Source: an uncultured archaeon
Lineage (GTDB): Archaea > Asgardarchaeota > Lokiarchaeia > Sigyniarchaeales > SOKP01
NCBI GenBank assembly: GCA_964583985.1
Contig: CAZOYD010000011.1
Location: 13,333 to 77,332, forward strand
DNA length: 64,000 nt
Reading direction: 5' to 3'
The notes under the pieces: generated by a model
What the model saw: the letters and a program-made list of their open reading frames with translations, nothing else
What the model was told of the DNA's origin: nothing
Databases searched by the model: none
Translations under genes and position numbers: made by a program
Shown here: piece by piece, positions 49,117-60,324 of the stretch
How the letters are laid out: each line of letters starts with the position of its first letter
Numbering within the stretch: position 1 is the stretch's first letter

Positions 49117-50751
49117 ATGACTGAAATTGATGAACAAAAAACGTTAAAACCAAAGAAAGGAGAACGTTTAGAGTCATTTAGAAATTTATCAGATATCGAA
49201 ACTAAACGTTTATACACTCCTGAAGACATTAAAGATTTGAACTATGAGTTGGATTTAGGAGAACCGGGAAAATTTCCATTTACGCGAGGAGTATATAGAA
49301 ACATGTATCGGGGTAGATTATGGACGATGCGACAATTTGCAGGTTTTGGTACTGCTGCACAAACCAATGAACGTTATAAATTTCTTTTGGAACATGGACA
49401 AACTGGTTTAAGTGTTGCTTTCAGCTTGCATACTATTTATGGCTATGAAGCAGATAATGAACATGCTTTGGGGGAAGTAGGAAAAGAAGGAGTAAGCATA
49501 GATACTTTAAAAGACATGGAGACTTTATTCAAGTCCATTGATTTATCTAAGATATCAACTTCAATGACTATCAATGCACCTGCATCAATTTTACTTGCAA
49601 TGTATATAGTAACAGCAGAGAAACAAGGTCATACTCCCGATTTATTAAGAGGAACCATACAAAATGACATACTGAAAGAATACATTGCCCAAAAGTCTTG
49701 GATATTTCCTCCTGAACAATCGATGCGTTTAATTGTAGACACTATAGAATATTGTACAAAACACGTGCCCCAGTGGTACACGATTTCCATAAGCGGATAT
49801 CACATTAGGGAAGCAGGTTCTACAGCAGTTCAAGAACTCGCTTTCACTCTTGCTGATGGTTTTGCTTATGTTGAAGCCGCAATGGATAGAGGGCTCAATG
49901 TTGATGATTTTGCTCCACGATTATCCTTTTTCTTTAATGCTCACAATAATTTTTTTGAAGAAATATGCAAATATAGAGCTGCAAGAAGAATATGGGCCAA
50001 ACGGATGAAAAATAAATACGGTGCTAAAAAACAAGAATCCCTGCGAATGCGATTCCACACTCAAACTGCGGGCGTCTCTTTAACAGCTCAAGAGCCAGAA
50101 AATAACATTGTGAGAGTAACTTTACAAGGATTAGCGGCGGTATTAGGAGGAACGCAATCACTTCACACCAATTCTTTTGATGAAGCTTTATGTTTACCGA
50201 CTGAAAAAGCAGTAAAAATTGCATTGAGAACACAACAGATAATTGCACACGAATCAGGAGTTGCAGATACGGTTGATCCACTCGCTGGTTCCTATTATGT
50301 TGAATCGTTAACAAACAGAATGGAAGAAGAAGCAGAAGCATATTTCGAACAAATTGAGGAACTTGGAGGAGTAATTCCGGCCATAAAAGCAAACTTCTTT
50401 CAAAAGGAAATTGCAAATGCGTCCTACAAGTACCAACAAGAAATTGAAAAAAACCAAAGGATTATTGTCGGAGTTAATGATTTCCAGTTGCGAGAATCTT
50501 GTTCTACCCCACTCTTAAAGATCGATGAACAAGTCTCAAAAGAGCAAATCGATCTCTTAAATAAAATTAGGAAAGATCGAGATAATGAGATGGTAAAAGC
50601 AAAGCTATCGAAATTAAAGATTGCTGCAAAAGGTTCAGAAAACTTAATGCCATATATTATCGAATCTGTAAGGGAATATGCATCAATAGGAGAGATTATT
50701 GCAACCTTAAAGGAAGTATTTGGGACATATGATGAGGATTCAATATTTTAA
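49117..50751 (+). CDS. icmA: B12-dependent acyl-CoA mutase large subunit, isobutyryl-CoA mutase type
   Basis: WTMRQFAGFG (Phe) and QNDILKEYIAQK (Gln) replace the Tyr/Arg of methylmalonyl-CoA mutase; SISGYHIREAG. Confidence 0.8.
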   Translation: MTEIDEQKTLKPKKGERLESFRNLSDIETKRLYTPEDIKDLNYELDLGEPGKFPFTRGVYRNMYRGRLWTMRQFAGFGTAAQTNERYKFLLEHGQTGLSVAFSLHTIYGYEADNEHALGEVGKEGVSIDTLKDMETLFKSIDLSKISTSMTINAPASILLAMYIVTAEKQGHTPDLLRGTIQNDILKEYIAQKSWIFPPEQSMRLIVDTIEYCTKHVPQWYTISISGYHIREAGSTAVQELAFTLADGFAYVEAAMDRGLNVDDFAPRLSFFFNAHNNFFEEICKYRAARRIWAKRMKNKYGAKKQESLRMRFHTQTAGVSLTAQEPENNIVRVTLQGLAAVLGGTQSLHTNSFDEALCLPTEKAVKIALRTQQIIAHESGVADTVDPLAGSYYVESLTNRMEEEAEAYFEQIEELGGVIPAIKANFFQKEIANASYKYQQEIEKNQRIIVGVNDFQLRESCSTPLLKIDEQVSKEQIDLLNKIRKDRDNEMVKAKLSKLKIAAKGSENLMPYIIESVREYASIGEIIATLKEVFGTYDEDSIF

Positions 50752-50762
50752 GAGGAAAAAAA

Positions 50763-51164
50763 ATGTCAAAAAATAGAAAGATCAAAGTGTTAGTCTGTAA
50801 GCCTGGTCTTGATGGCCATGATAGGGGAGCAAAAGTTATAGCTAGAGCCCTCAGAGATGCAGGGATGGAAGTTATTTATACCGGAATCCATCAAACCCCT
50901 GATGATGTAGTGAATACCATTATCCAAGAAGATCCAGATGCCGTGATGCTTAGCATTCTAAGTGGAGCCCATAATGCCTTGTGTCCTTTGATCATGGACA
51001 AGTTAAAAGAAAAGGGTATTGATGATGTTTTAGTTGCCGTTGGAGGCATCATCCCTGATGAAGATAAACCAATTTTAGAAAAATACGGTTTAAAAGGATT
51101 TCAAGGTCCTGGAACGGAGTTAAAGGAGATCGTTGAATTCGTAAAAACAAATTTGAAGAGATAA
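50763..51164 (+). CDS. icmB: Cobalamin-binding small subunit of the acyl-CoA mutase
   Basis: KPGLDGHDRGAK, SILSGAH, VGGIIP. Confidence 0.88.
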   Translation: MSKNRKIKVLVCKPGLDGHDRGAKVIARALRDAGMEVIYTGIHQTPDDVVNTIIQEDPDAVMLSILSGAHNALCPLIMDKLKEKGIDDVLVAVGGIIPDEDKPILEKYGLKGFQGPGTELKEIVEFVKTNLKR

Positions 51165-51171
51165 AGAGAGC

Positions 51172-52164
51172 ATGGGATACGAATTATTAATCGATCGCCT
51201 CTTGAAGGGAGATGCTAGAGCTGCAGCTCGACTTATCACCATAGCTGAAAACGATATCGTTGCTGCTGAGGAAATCATAAATTCTATATATAAATACACG
51301 GGTAAAGCATATATCTTAGGGATTACTGGAGCGCCAGGAAGTGGGAAATCCACGTTAATTTCAACATTGACTACTATTTTTGTCAAAGAAGGGAAGAAGG
51401 TGGGTATTATTTGTGTGGATCCAACCTCCCCATTAACCGGTGGGGCTTTATTAGGGGATCGAATTCGCATGAAGAAACATTTCACAACCGATAACGTGTT
51501 CATAAGAAGCATGGCAAATAGGGGCCAATTAGGGGGATTAGCAAGGGCAACAGAAGATATCATTAAAATTTTAGACGTTTATGGATGCGATATAATTATT
51601 ATAGAGACCGTGGGAGTGGGTCAATCAGAAGTAGACATTTTCCGCTCCGCTCAGAGCGTTCTTGTGTTATTAGTTCCAGAGATGGGGGACGAAATACAGG
51701 CCATTAAAGCCGGTATCATGGAAATTACTGATATCTTTATTGTCAATAAGATGGATCTACCCGGTGCAGATAGAAAAGTATCAGAGATAATGCAAATGCT
51801 CGAATTGTCCATGAACTTTAAATATGATCATGAAACCACTAAAAAAGAATATACTAAAGCTCTCAAATGGACTCCAAAAATAGTAAAAGTAAATTCTAAA
51901 ACAGGGGAAAATTTTGAAAAGTTGCTTGATATTATAAACGAACATAAACTTTTCCTAAAGGAAACTGGAGTTATTGAAAATTATAAACTGAATAGAATTA
52001 GAAATGAAACACTCCAAATACTTAAGCATAAACTAACAAAAAGGATTGAAGAATTGCTTAATTCCAATTCACAGATTGATGAGTACATTAGATTAGTAAT
52101 GGATAAAAGCATCGATCCATATTCAATGGCAAACTTAATCATACAATTACTTGGAATGGAGTAA
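51172..52164 (+). CDS. meaB: MeaB/ArgK GTPase chaperone
   Basis: GAPGSGKST, VDPTSP..GGALLGDRIRM, ETVGVGQSE, NKMD. Confidence 0.92.
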   Translation: MGYELLIDRLLKGDARAAARLITIAENDIVAAEEIINSIYKYTGKAYILGITGAPGSGKSTLISTLTTIFVKEGKKVGIICVDPTSPLTGGALLGDRIRMKKHFTTDNVFIRSMANRGQLGGLARATEDIIKILDVYGCDIIIIETVGVGQSEVDIFRSAQSVLVLLVPEMGDEIQAIKAGIMEITDIFIVNKMDLPGADRKVSEIMQMLELSMNFKYDHETTKKEYTKALKWTPKIVKVNSKTGENFEKLLDIINEHKLFLKETGVIENYKLNRIRNETLQILKHKLTKRIEELLNSNSQIDEYIRLVMDKSIDPYSMANLIIQLLGME

Positions 52165-52192
52165 AAACTAATAAAAAAAGGGGATTTCAGAA

Positions 52193-52444
52193 TTATTTTT
52201 TCTTTGGATTAATCCATTCCGAGTAAATTTCTTCAATTATCAAAACGTTATCCTTGTTGCATTCTTCGCATTTTTCATCTGAGACTTTTTTAAAGGTAAA
52301 ATCCCCTGGTTTGAATGGACGATTTGATTTTACATTACAATTGCTACATTTAAGCACTGTAGTAATCTTTTCAACCATCTTATCTTTTCTGTCAAGGATC
52401 TCGCCTATATCGGGTATAAAGGGGAGCTCCGGCTCTTCACTCAT
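52193..52444 (-). CDS. Small zinc-binding protein
   Basis: CSNC...R.FKPGDF.FK...CEEC..I..IY; GGAG SD. Confidence 0.75.
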   Translation of the reverse strand: MSEEPELPFIPDIGEILDRKDKMVEKITTVLKCSNCNVKSNRPFKPGDFTFKKVSDEKCEECNKDNVLIIEEIYSEWINPKKK

Positions 52445-52729
52445 TCTTGCATCAATCTCCTTTGCGTTTTTTCTTTTTTAAGCATACTATTTATTTATTT
52501 GAACAGGATCAAGAAAATCGGGAATGGTACATCTGCCAATCATTTGATACTTATAATAATACAATATCCCTAATATTCTTTATTCTATAGAATTAAAAGT
52601 CTTAGTGGATTATATAAGAAATATTATAATTTTAATCCAGTTTTAATCTGAAAATTTAAATCTTTGAAATCCAAATTGAAATGATTGGTCCATAGGATTT
52701 TTTTCTTTAGATTTGTGTAGGAATACATA

Positions 52730-53149
52730 TTGAAGCTTATAGCAAAAAAGAAAGAGGATATAAGTAAAGCAGCTATCGATTTCTTTAGTTTTGGGCATCT
52801 ATTAGGAGGTTATTTTGCTTTCATTATATTAAATGCAATATATCTAGTTTTATTCGGTAATTTTATCATTGAAATAGGTATTTTCACTGTTTTTCTATGT
52901 GGAGTTATTTGGGAAATCGTTGAAAATACATATTTTTTCAAGAAGAATATTAAATTTGGATATCGAAGAGATAGTTTTCTTAATTCTTCGATGGATGTGT
53001 TCATGCTTACTATAGGAGGCTTATTTGCATCATTTTGCCTTGAATTAAACCTTGGAACTTTCTTAATCACTACAACATTTTTTTTAATAGGCAACATTCT
53101 TTTAATGAGCATTTATGCTAATAGAATTATTGCAGTATTTAGTAGTTAA
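52730..53149 (+). CDS. Small membrane protein (DUF2585-like)
   Basis: D.FS.GH, WEIVEN, DS..NS..D pattern; TM helices. Confidence 0.6.
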   Translation: MKLIAKKKEDISKAAIDFFSFGHLLGGYFAFIILNAIYLVLFGNFIIEIGIFTVFLCGVIWEIVENTYFFKKNIKFGYRRDSFLNSSMDVFMLTIGGLFASFCLELNLGTFLITTTFFLIGNILLMSIYANRIIAVFSS

Positions 53150-53185
53150 ATAAAAAAAGTAAAGAAAAAAGAAGTTAGTTTTTTT

Positions 53186-53929
53186 TCAACCACCACCATA
53201 TGCCTTTCCTATAACTATAAGGAGTGGAGAAAAGATGAATAATAATATAAAAAACATTCCAAACATTGCCCAGAAGGTCGTGATAGGTAGATCGTTAATA
53301 ACACAAATTGATGCTGCGATTAAGAAACTTGCTATGAGGACTCCAATACAATACCACATGAACCGCTTTGCAAAACGTTTACCAAAATATCCCTCGTCCT
53401 TGGTATGAATATGGTCTTTTTTTAACTTTTTCACTTCCTCTTTTGGAAGCTTTGAAGTTACTCCAATGTCAAATCTTTTTAAATTATGAAGGTTCTCAAT
53501 TCCTTTAACTTCAGTAATGTTATTACCCGCAATGTATAAAGCATTTAAATTACTTAAATTATCCAACCCTTTAATCTCATTGATTTTATTTCCATTTAGA
53601 TAGAGAGTCATTATGTTTTTAAGAGATTCCAGTCCTTTAATCTCTCGTATTGAGTTAAAATCAAGCCTTAAAAATCTCAAATTCCTAAGATTATTCAATC
53701 CTTTAATTTCAGTAATCTCATTGTTAGAAAGGTTTAGATTATATAGATTTTCCAGGTGATCAAGACCGGAGATTTCTGAGATATTATTTTTCGATAAATC
53801 CAATTCTTTTAAAGCTGGGAGATTTTCAAGTCCCTTTATTTCAGAAATACTAGAAATTCCTTTATTTTTTAATGTTAATTTCCCTTTTTTAATCTTGTAT
53901 GGTTTATCTCTAATGATTACAAAAGACAT
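53186..53929 (-). CDS. SDS22-like leucine-rich repeat protein with two C-terminal TM helices
   Basis: 22-aa repeats LxxLxLxxNxIxEIKGL. Confidence 0.88.
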   Translation of the reverse strand: MSFVIIRDKPYKIKKGKLTLKNKGISSISEIKGLENLPALKELDLSKNNISEISGLDHLENLYNLNLSNNEITEIKGLNNLRNLRFLRLDFNSIREIKGLESLKNIMTLYLNGNKINEIKGLDNLSNLNALYIAGNNITEVKGIENLHNLKRFDIGVTSKLPKEEVKKLKKDHIHTKDEGYFGKRFAKRFMWYCIGVLIASFLIAASICVINDLPITTFWAMFGMFFILLFIFSPLLIVIGKAYGGG

Positions 53930-53954
53930 TTTATTTCACCATTTTATTTTCAAT

Positions 53955-54626
53955 TTAATTTTCCATTTTATTTCCACAATTCGTACAAAATTCAACCCCT
54001 TTAGGCATTATGCTTGCGCAAGACGGACAAGAATTCCCCTTTCGCAGTTTTTCGGCAAATTCATCGCAAATTTCTTCAATCCGATTCCAATCACGAAAAT
54101 CATTAACGCCCTTGTATTCAAACTCTAATCCTGTTTCTTTTGCGATTAACTTGGCACTGTCTTTTAGCGAACTTCTGTCTTCGTGTTTTAATTTCGAGTT
54201 GTGAGAAAAATCAAGAACAGGTCCGAAATCTTCATAAAAATCAGGAATGAAATTACAATTTTTTAATATACTTTTGCCAAATTTTTCTTTCGTCTTTACC
54301 GGATCTAAGAGACCTTGATATGCCCACGGATCACTCCTAAAAAATCCGATTGCTTTTTCTTTTTCGAAAGGACTTATATAAAGAGTGGCAAATTTTTTAG
54401 CTTTCTTGTTCCAAAATGTCCACATCTTATTCTTACCAGAAATTAATATGACACCATTATAATCATTAATGGTTGGCCATCGCTTTTGCTTCGTGCGTTC
54501 TAAATCTACAGTATCAACTGTTAAACCCAAATCTATTAATTTTTTTGACATGTTATCTGCAATTTCACTAATATAACCATAATTATCGCTAAATGTCACT
54601 AAAACTTTGTGTTTTAATTCATTCAA
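53955..54626 (-). CDS. Flavodoxin (HemG-like) fold plus C-terminal zinc ribbon, duplicate copy 2
   Basis: KVLVTFSDNYG, DFRDWNRI, CPSC...FCTNCG. Confidence 0.75.
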   Translation of the reverse strand: MNELKHKVLVTFSDNYGYISEIADNMSKKLIDLGLTVDTVDLERTKQKRWPTINDYNGVILISGKNKMWTFWNKKAKKFATLYISPFEKEKAIGFFRSDPWAYQGLLDPVKTKEKFGKSILKNCNFIPDFYEDFGPVLDFSHNSKLKHEDRSSLKDSAKLIAKETGLEFEYKGVNDFRDWNRIEEICDEFAEKLRKGNSCPSCASIMPKGVEFCTNCGNKMEN

Positions 54627-54754
54627 TTCATTTTTTCGCCAAAAATGTAATTATGTAATATTATTTAATTTCTTATATAAATTTATATAGACTAAAATTC
54701 TACATTAAAAACTTAGATTAAATGAAAATCAAATTATAATAAAATAGAAATAGG

Positions 54755-54830
54755 ACTAGGAAATATAATCAATCGTGTTATTATCCTTATCTTTCCCGCT
54801 CTTTTCATTTGTCTTAGATTGTTCTTGAAC
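54755..54830 (-). pseudogene. Degenerate copy of the grpE 3' end (duplication junction)
   Basis: actaggaaatata...tcatttgtcttagattgttcttgaac resembles 55801-55873 actaggaaatata...tcattgtctttggattgtccttgatc. Confidence 0.65.
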
Positions 54831-55002
54831 AAAATCTAAACAATCTACTTAAAGCCCTTGTCCGTTTAATATTTCTGATATTTTTGTAATTATTTCTTCT
54901 ACATATCCATATTTTGAATTATAAGCGACTAATACCCGTTTATTCTAACCAGGAATTACTTTCACCTCAGATTTACATGATTTTTTTTAATATCCCTATA
55001 AA

Positions 55003-55665
55003 TTACAATTTTTCTCCACAATTGGTGCAAAATTCGGCTCCTTTAGGTATTACACTTGCGCAAGATGGACAAAGTTTTCCTTTTTGCAATATTTCAGCAA
55101 ATTCATTGCATATTTCTTCAATTCGATTCCAATCACGAAAATCATTAATGCCATGATATTCAAACTCCAATCCTGTTTTTCTTTTGACGATTCTGGCAGC
55201 ATCTTTTAATCGTCTTCTGTCAGGGTGCTTTAACTTTGAGTTACGAGAAAAATCAAGAACAGGGCCGAAGTTCTCATAAAAATCAGGGATGAAATCACAG
55301 ATTTTTAAAATAACTTTACCTAAAGATTCTTTCGCCTTCACCGGATCTATGAGAATAGAATATGACCAAGGATCACTGCTGAAAAATCCAATTATTTGTT
55401 CCTTTTTATACGGTCCTACATGAAAAGTAGCGAATCGTCTCGCTTTTTTATTCCAAAAATGATAAGCATCTCCGCTGGAAATTACCATAAGACCCGCATA
55501 TTCATCAATGCTTGGCCATTGATTCTCTTTCGTGCGTTCTAAATCCACGATATCAACTGTTAACCCTAGATCTCGTAATTTTCTTGACATTATATCTACT
55601 ATTTCGCTAACATAACCATAGTTATCACTAAAGGTCACTAAAACCTTTTGAATAAGGGTATTCAT
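55003..55665 (-). CDS. Flavodoxin (HemG-like) fold plus C-terminal zinc ribbon, duplicate copy 1
   Basis: Colinear and highly similar to 53955-54626; identical 22-nt upstream sequence (54633-54654 and 55670-55691). Confidence 0.75.
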   Translation of the reverse strand: MNTLIQKVLVTFSDNYGYVSEIVDIMSRKLRDLGLTVDIVDLERTKENQWPSIDEYAGLMVISSGDAYHFWNKKARRFATFHVGPYKKEQIIGFFSSDPWSYSILIDPVKAKESLGKVILKICDFIPDFYENFGPVLDFSRNSKLKHPDRRRLKDAARIVKRKTGLEFEYHGINDFRDWNRIEEICNEFAEILQKGKLCPSCASVIPKGAEFCTNCGEKL

Positions 55666-55801
55666 TTCATTTTCGCCAAAAATGTAATTATTACTATAAT
55701 ATTATTCATTGTTGTATTTAAAGCTATAAGGACTAAAAATATGACTTAAAAACTTGGAATAAATTATTTAAAATTAGAAATAAATAAGAAAGCAAATGGT
55801 A

Positions 55802-56566
55802 CTAGGAAATATATTCATCTTGGATAGTATCTTCAGTTCCATCCTTCTCATTGTCTTTGGATTGTCCTTGATCTTCATTTTCTTGAGTGACTGTCTGATC
55901 GGTTTCTTGAACGGATTCTTCCTCCTTTTCTGGTTCTGGAGGTTTAGGTTCACGAGATACGATCACCTTAGCGTATCTAATGACAATGTTATCTAATTTC
56001 CATCCATCTTGGATAACTTCAATTATCGTATTATTCGGAACGTCATCTCTTTCCACTGAATTTAAAGCTTCGTGATAATTATAATCAAAGATATCATTTA
56101 CTTTCACATCCATCGGAATTGCTTTATAGGATTTTAAAACGTTCATGAACTGGTCATAAAATCCTTTAATTATTACATGACTTTTGTCAGAATTCTCCAA
56201 AGCTTTTTTAAATGAATCAAAAAGAGGAAGAAAACTTTTTATCGCATTAGCCGTATATTCGGTTCTAAGATTTTGTCGATTTTTATTCCATCGTTTCTCA
56301 GCGTTTTCAAATTCTGCTTGCAAGCGAGTGTATTTAGATTTCCAATTTGAATTTTCTTCATTACTTTTAGTTAAATCGTTAACTTGCGTTTCCAAGGATT
56401 TAATTTTTGCTAGCAGTTCTTCTTTTGAATAGAATTCTAGTTTATATTGCTCTTTTCCTTCAATTAGTTTGGTTTCTTCTTTTAATTCTACTTCTTCAGA
56501 TTCTGGGAGCTTTTCTTCCACGATTTCCTCTTCTTCTTTCTTTTTTGGCGTCATGATAGGGTTCAC
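55802..56566 (-). CDS. grpE: GrpE nucleotide exchange factor (start probably ATG 56554)
   Basis: RLQAEFEN..KR, LP..DSF.KAL, FD.NYHEA, IEVIQDGW...VIRYAKV.V. Confidence 0.92.
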   Translation of the reverse strand: MNPIMTPKKKEEEEIVEEKLPESEEVELKEETKLIEGKEQYKLEFYSKEELLAKIKSLETQVNDLTKSNEENSNWKSKYTRLQAEFENAEKRWNKNRQNLRTEYTANAIKSFLPLFDSFKKALENSDKSHVIIKGFYDQFMNVLKSYKAIPMDVKVNDIFDYNYHEALNSVERDDVPNNTIIEVIQDGWKLDNIVIRYAKVIVSREPKPPEPEKEEESVQETDQTVTQENEDQGQSKDNEKDGTEDTIQDEYIS

Positions 56567-56806
56567 TTATAAATTATAATTATTTGCGTTATTCGACCTT
56601 AAATTCACGATTAATGATGATTTAAGTTTATTTACCAAAATGCATATTGTAAGTGATATAAAAAAGGATAAAATAAAATTTTAATCATTTTTATGACTAA
56701 CACTTCATTAAATAAGAAAAATTAAAAAAGTGGGTTTAATTATATTCTTATAGTTAAAATTCATGTAAATATAACATTGATAAACAAAACATTACAAAAA
56801 TAATGA

Positions 56807-58831
56807 GTGAGAAGTACGATGAGTGAAGATACTAAACCAGCAAAGAAGGAAAAAATCATTGGGATAGACTTGGGCACGTCAAATAGTGCTTGTGCAGTTC
56901 TTAGTGCCACAGGACAACCTGAGATTATTCCTGCTGCTGAAGGCAGGACATTAGGTGGAAAAGCTTTTCCTTCATATGTGGCCTTTGATGAAAAAGGACG
57001 AAAAATAGTAGGAGAACCAGCACGACGACAAGCAGTCTCAAATCCTGACGGAACTATCTATGCCATCAAGAGAAAAATGGGGACGTCTTACAAGGCAAAA
57101 GTAAAGGTGGGTAGCGAGTGGCAAGAATTCACTCCTGAAGAAGTTTCGGCAATGATCTTGAAGAAGATTAAAAACGATGCCTCGGCATATTTAGGTGAAG
57201 AAGTAAAAAAAGCGGTGATTACGGTTCCAGCGTATTTTAATGACTCTCAAAGAACATCCACTAAAAATGCAGGAGAGATAGCGGGGCTAGAAGTCGTACG
57301 GATGATTAACGAACCGACCGCTGCTTGCTTAGCATATGGTCTCGATAAAGATACCAAGGATAAATTATTTAAAATAGTCGTATTAGACTTGGGTGGTGGT
57401 ACATTTGATGTGACGCTCATGGAATACGGAAGCGGGGTTGTGGAAGTGCTTTCGACAGCAGGAGATACTCAATTGGGAGGTACTGATATGGATAATGCCA
57501 TTATCGAATGGCTTGCCTCAGATTTCGAGAAGAAAGAAGGAATTGATATTCGAAGTGATAACAAAGCAATGATTCGGTTGAAAGATGCGGGAGAAAAAGC
57601 CAAAATAGAGCTCTCAACAACAGTTTCAACACAAATTAACCTTCCCTATCTTACTCAAAAAGAAGGTAACCCCCTTCATTTAGAAGTAGAATTGACGAGA
57701 GCAAAATTAGAACAGTTAATCGAGCCAACGTTAAAAAGATTAGATCCGATAATGGCAAGAGCAGTTAAAGATGCTAAGATCTCAACTGCTGAAGTAGATA
57801 AAGTAATTTTAGTCGGTGGGCCAACAAGAATGCCTTCGGTTCAAGATAGGTTCAAGAAATTTTTTGGTAAAGAACCTGAGCACTCAGTTGATCCAATGGA
57901 ATGCGTCGCGATCGGTGCTGCAATTCAAGGAGGGATAATAGCAGGAGATGTAGAAGATCTTCTTTTATTAGACGTTACCCCTCTTTCCTTAGGTGTGGAA
58001 ACTTTAGGGGGCGTGAGTACCAGATTAATCGAACGAAATACCACGATACCAACTGAAAAGAAACAAACTTTTAGCACAGCAGCAGACAACCAACCCGCAG
58101 TTACAATTAATGTTCTTCAAGGAGAACGAGCAATGGCTAAAGACAATATTACTCTCGGGATGTTCCATTTAACTGGCATTCCTCCAGCACCAAGGGGCAT
58201 TCCTCAGATTGAAGTTAAATTTTCGATTGATGCTGACGGCATCGTTCATGTAACTGCAAAAGATCTTGGAACCGGAAAAGAAACGGGTATTACGGTTACT
58301 GGAGCAAGGGGTCTTTCTGAGGAAGAGATCCAAGAAAAAGTTCGTAATGCAGAAGCTTTTGAAGAAGAAGACAAGAAAGTAAGAGAATTAATTGAATCAA
58401 AGAATCAAGCAGATTCAATGATATACCAAACAAGAAAATTAATGGAAGATAACAAGGATAAAATCGAAGAGAAAGAAAAAACCGAAATCGAAGCAGCAAT
58501 TAAAAGCCTAGAAGAAGACATTAAAACCGATGATCTTCAAAGAATTAAACTTGGAGTGGAAAATTTACAGAAATCGATGTATGGCTTCTCTCAAAGAATT
58601 TATGCCCAACAAGCTGAGGGTAATGCATATCAACAAGCAGCAGAACAAGCTCAAAGAGCAGCAGGAGGCATGGGTGATATGCCTCCAGGGGGCATGGGTG
58701 GAGTTCCCCCGAGTGATATGGGGGGTGCTGGAGCAGGTGGGGCATCTTATAAGTCCAAGAAAGATGAAAAAGATAAGGATAAGAAAAAACGCGTCGTGGA
58801 CGTTGAATGGGCAGAAGATGAAAACGATTAA
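56807..58831 (+). CDS. dnaK: DnaK/Hsp70 (start probably ATG 56819)
   Basis: [34 protein letters not shown]. Confidence 0.97.
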   Translation: MRSTMSEDTKPAKKEKIIGIDLGTSNSACAVLSATGQPEIIPAAEGRTLGGKAFPSYVAFDEKGRKIVGEPARRQAVSNPDGTIYAIKRKMGTSYKAKVKVGSEWQEFTPEEVSAMILKKIKNDASAYLGEEVKKAVITVPAYFNDSQRTSTKNAGEIAGLEVVRMINEPTAACLAYGLDKDTKDKLFKIVVLDLGGGTFDVTLMEYGSGVVEVLSTAGDTQLGGTDMDNAIIEWLASDFEKKEGIDIRSDNKAMIRLKDAGEKAKIELSTTVSTQINLPYLTQKEGNPLHLEVELTRAKLEQLIEPTLKRLDPIMARAVKDAKISTAEVDKVILVGGPTRMPSVQDRFKKFFGKEPEHSVDPMECVAIGAAIQGGIIAGDVEDLLLLDVTPLSLGVETLGGVSTRLIERNTTIPTEKKQTFSTAADNQPAVTINVLQGERAMAKDNITLGMFHLTGIPPAPRGIPQIEVKFSIDADGIVHVTAKDLGTGKETGITVTGARGLSEEEIQEKVRNAEAFEEEDKKVRELIESKNQADSMIYQTRKLMEDNKDKIEEKEKTEIEAAIKSLEEDIKTDDLQRIKLGVENLQKSMYGFSQRIYAQQAEGNAYQQAAEQAQRAAGGMGDMPPGGMGGVPPSDMGGAGAGGASYKSKKDEKDKDKKKRVVDVEWAEDEND

Positions 58832-59087
58832 AATTAATCTCCTTATTTAGTTATCATATTTTTTATTTTTTACTTCTTTTTGATTTAACCTTAAATTTTT
58901 TATGCAAAGATTTAAATTGTAAAATCCTATGAGTCTTGGTAAAAAAAATCAAATGCGTCTACAAAAAGTTGCAACGTAAAAGAGTATGTCATATAATAAC
59001 CTAAAAATTAAAATTTTATAAATAATTTTAATGTGTAGCTAAAAAATAAAGACACTTATTAATAGAAATTTAGGCAGTTGAAAAGAA

Positions 59088-60245
59088 ATGAGTTCTGGCA
59101 AAAAAAGAGATTACTATGAAGTACTAGGAGTGAGTAAAGATGCATCAGAGAATGACATTAAATTAGCTTATCGTCGATTAGCGAGAAAATTACATCCTGA
59201 TTTAAATAAGACTGATCCCAAGGCCAAAGAAAAATTCATTGAGCTCCAAGAAGCTTATGAAGTGTTAAGTGATGATACTAAACGTAGGAATTACGATCAA
59301 TATGGATTTAGTGGCGTGAACATTGATATGAGTGATTTCATGCGTGGAGGAATTCCAGGAATTGATGAGCTTCTTCGTTCTATTTTTGGAGGTAGTGGTG
59401 GAATTTTTGGGGGAGACGATGATTTTGGTTTTGGAAGTTTTTTTGGATCACGAGGTGGAGGGGGGAGGAGATCGGAACCTCGCAGAGAAGTGGGTCAAGA
59501 TATTGAGGATTACGTAACAATTAGCTTTGAAGAAGCAATGTTTGGGATTAAAAAGGAAATAGAAATTGAACGGTATACTCCATGTGATACTTGTGAAGGA
59601 ACGGGGGCTGAAGACCCATCGAGCATTAAAACATGTCCAACTTGTGAAGGTGCTGGTCAAGTAAGAACTATGACACGCCAAGGATTTAGTACCATTATTC
59701 GAACTGCCAATTGCTCGGCTTGTGGTGGAACGGGTAAGATCATTGGAAAGAAATGTAAGACTTGCCATGGAAATAAAGTAGTTTCAGAAAAGAAAAAAAT
59801 TAACGTCAATATACCCGCGGGAGTAGAAAATGGAGTACATCTTCGAGTTCAAGGAGCAGGACATATCCCATCTACTAATGCTATCCCAGGTGATCTTTTA
59901 TTAGGAATTCGGGTAGAACAAAATGAAAACTTTATTAGACGCGGGAATGATCTTTATACTCCAGTCGATATCGATTTTGTCACCGCAATATTAGGTGGTA
60001 GAATCATAGTACAAACTTTAGATCATAAAAATCAGAGTTTAATGGAAAAAGAGTTGATGATCCCTCCAGGAACTCAACATGCAACGGAATTTAGAATAAA
60101 AAATCATGGAGTGGCCTATCTACAAGGGAAAGGGAAGGGAGATCAATATGTTATCATCAACATCATTATCCCAACAAAGATTTCAAAAGAACAAGAAGAA
60201 CTTCTCTTAAAATATAAAAAAATTGATAAAGCAAGCGATACCTGA
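59088..60245 (+). CDS. dnaJ: DnaJ chaperone
   Basis: J domain HPD, G/F region, four CxxCxGxG-type repeats. Confidence 0.97.
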   Translation: MSSGKKRDYYEVLGVSKDASENDIKLAYRRLARKLHPDLNKTDPKAKEKFIELQEAYEVLSDDTKRRNYDQYGFSGVNIDMSDFMRGGIPGIDELLRSIFGGSGGIFGGDDDFGFGSFFGSRGGGGRRSEPRREVGQDIEDYVTISFEEAMFGIKKEIEIERYTPCDTCEGTGAEDPSSIKTCPTCEGAGQVRTMTRQGFSTIIRTANCSACGGTGKIIGKKCKTCHGNKVVSEKKKINVNIPAGVENGVHLRVQGAGHIPSTNAIPGDLLLGIRVEQNENFIRRGNDLYTPVDIDFVTAILGGRIIVQTLDHKNQSLMEKELMIPPGTQHATEFRIKNHGVAYLQGKGKGDQYVIINIIIPTKISKEQEELLLKYKKIDKASDT

Positions 60246-60324
60246 AATGAAAATTTTTTTTCCAACTTTTTATATGAAACAGACGATACTAACGTATTGA
60301 ATTATTTTTGTATAGGTAATAAGC

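Noticed and set aside
52441-52543. Two tiny minus-strand uORFs (18 and 14 aa) before the small zinc protein
   Set aside because: No motif or other support; expected by chance.
56567-56806. CIRCE/HrcA operator
   Set aside because: No TTAGCACTC-N9-GAGTGCTAA match.
58660-58745. GC-rich GGM/PP repeat in dnaK
   Set aside because: Ordinary low-complexity Hsp70 C-terminal tail.
1157-59768. Many short antisense or alternate-frame ORFs in the track (e.g. 1157-1426, 35256-35696, 50024-50416, 51120-51563, 58530-58850)
   Set aside because: They overlap well-supported genes and have no motifs; treated as shadow ORFs.
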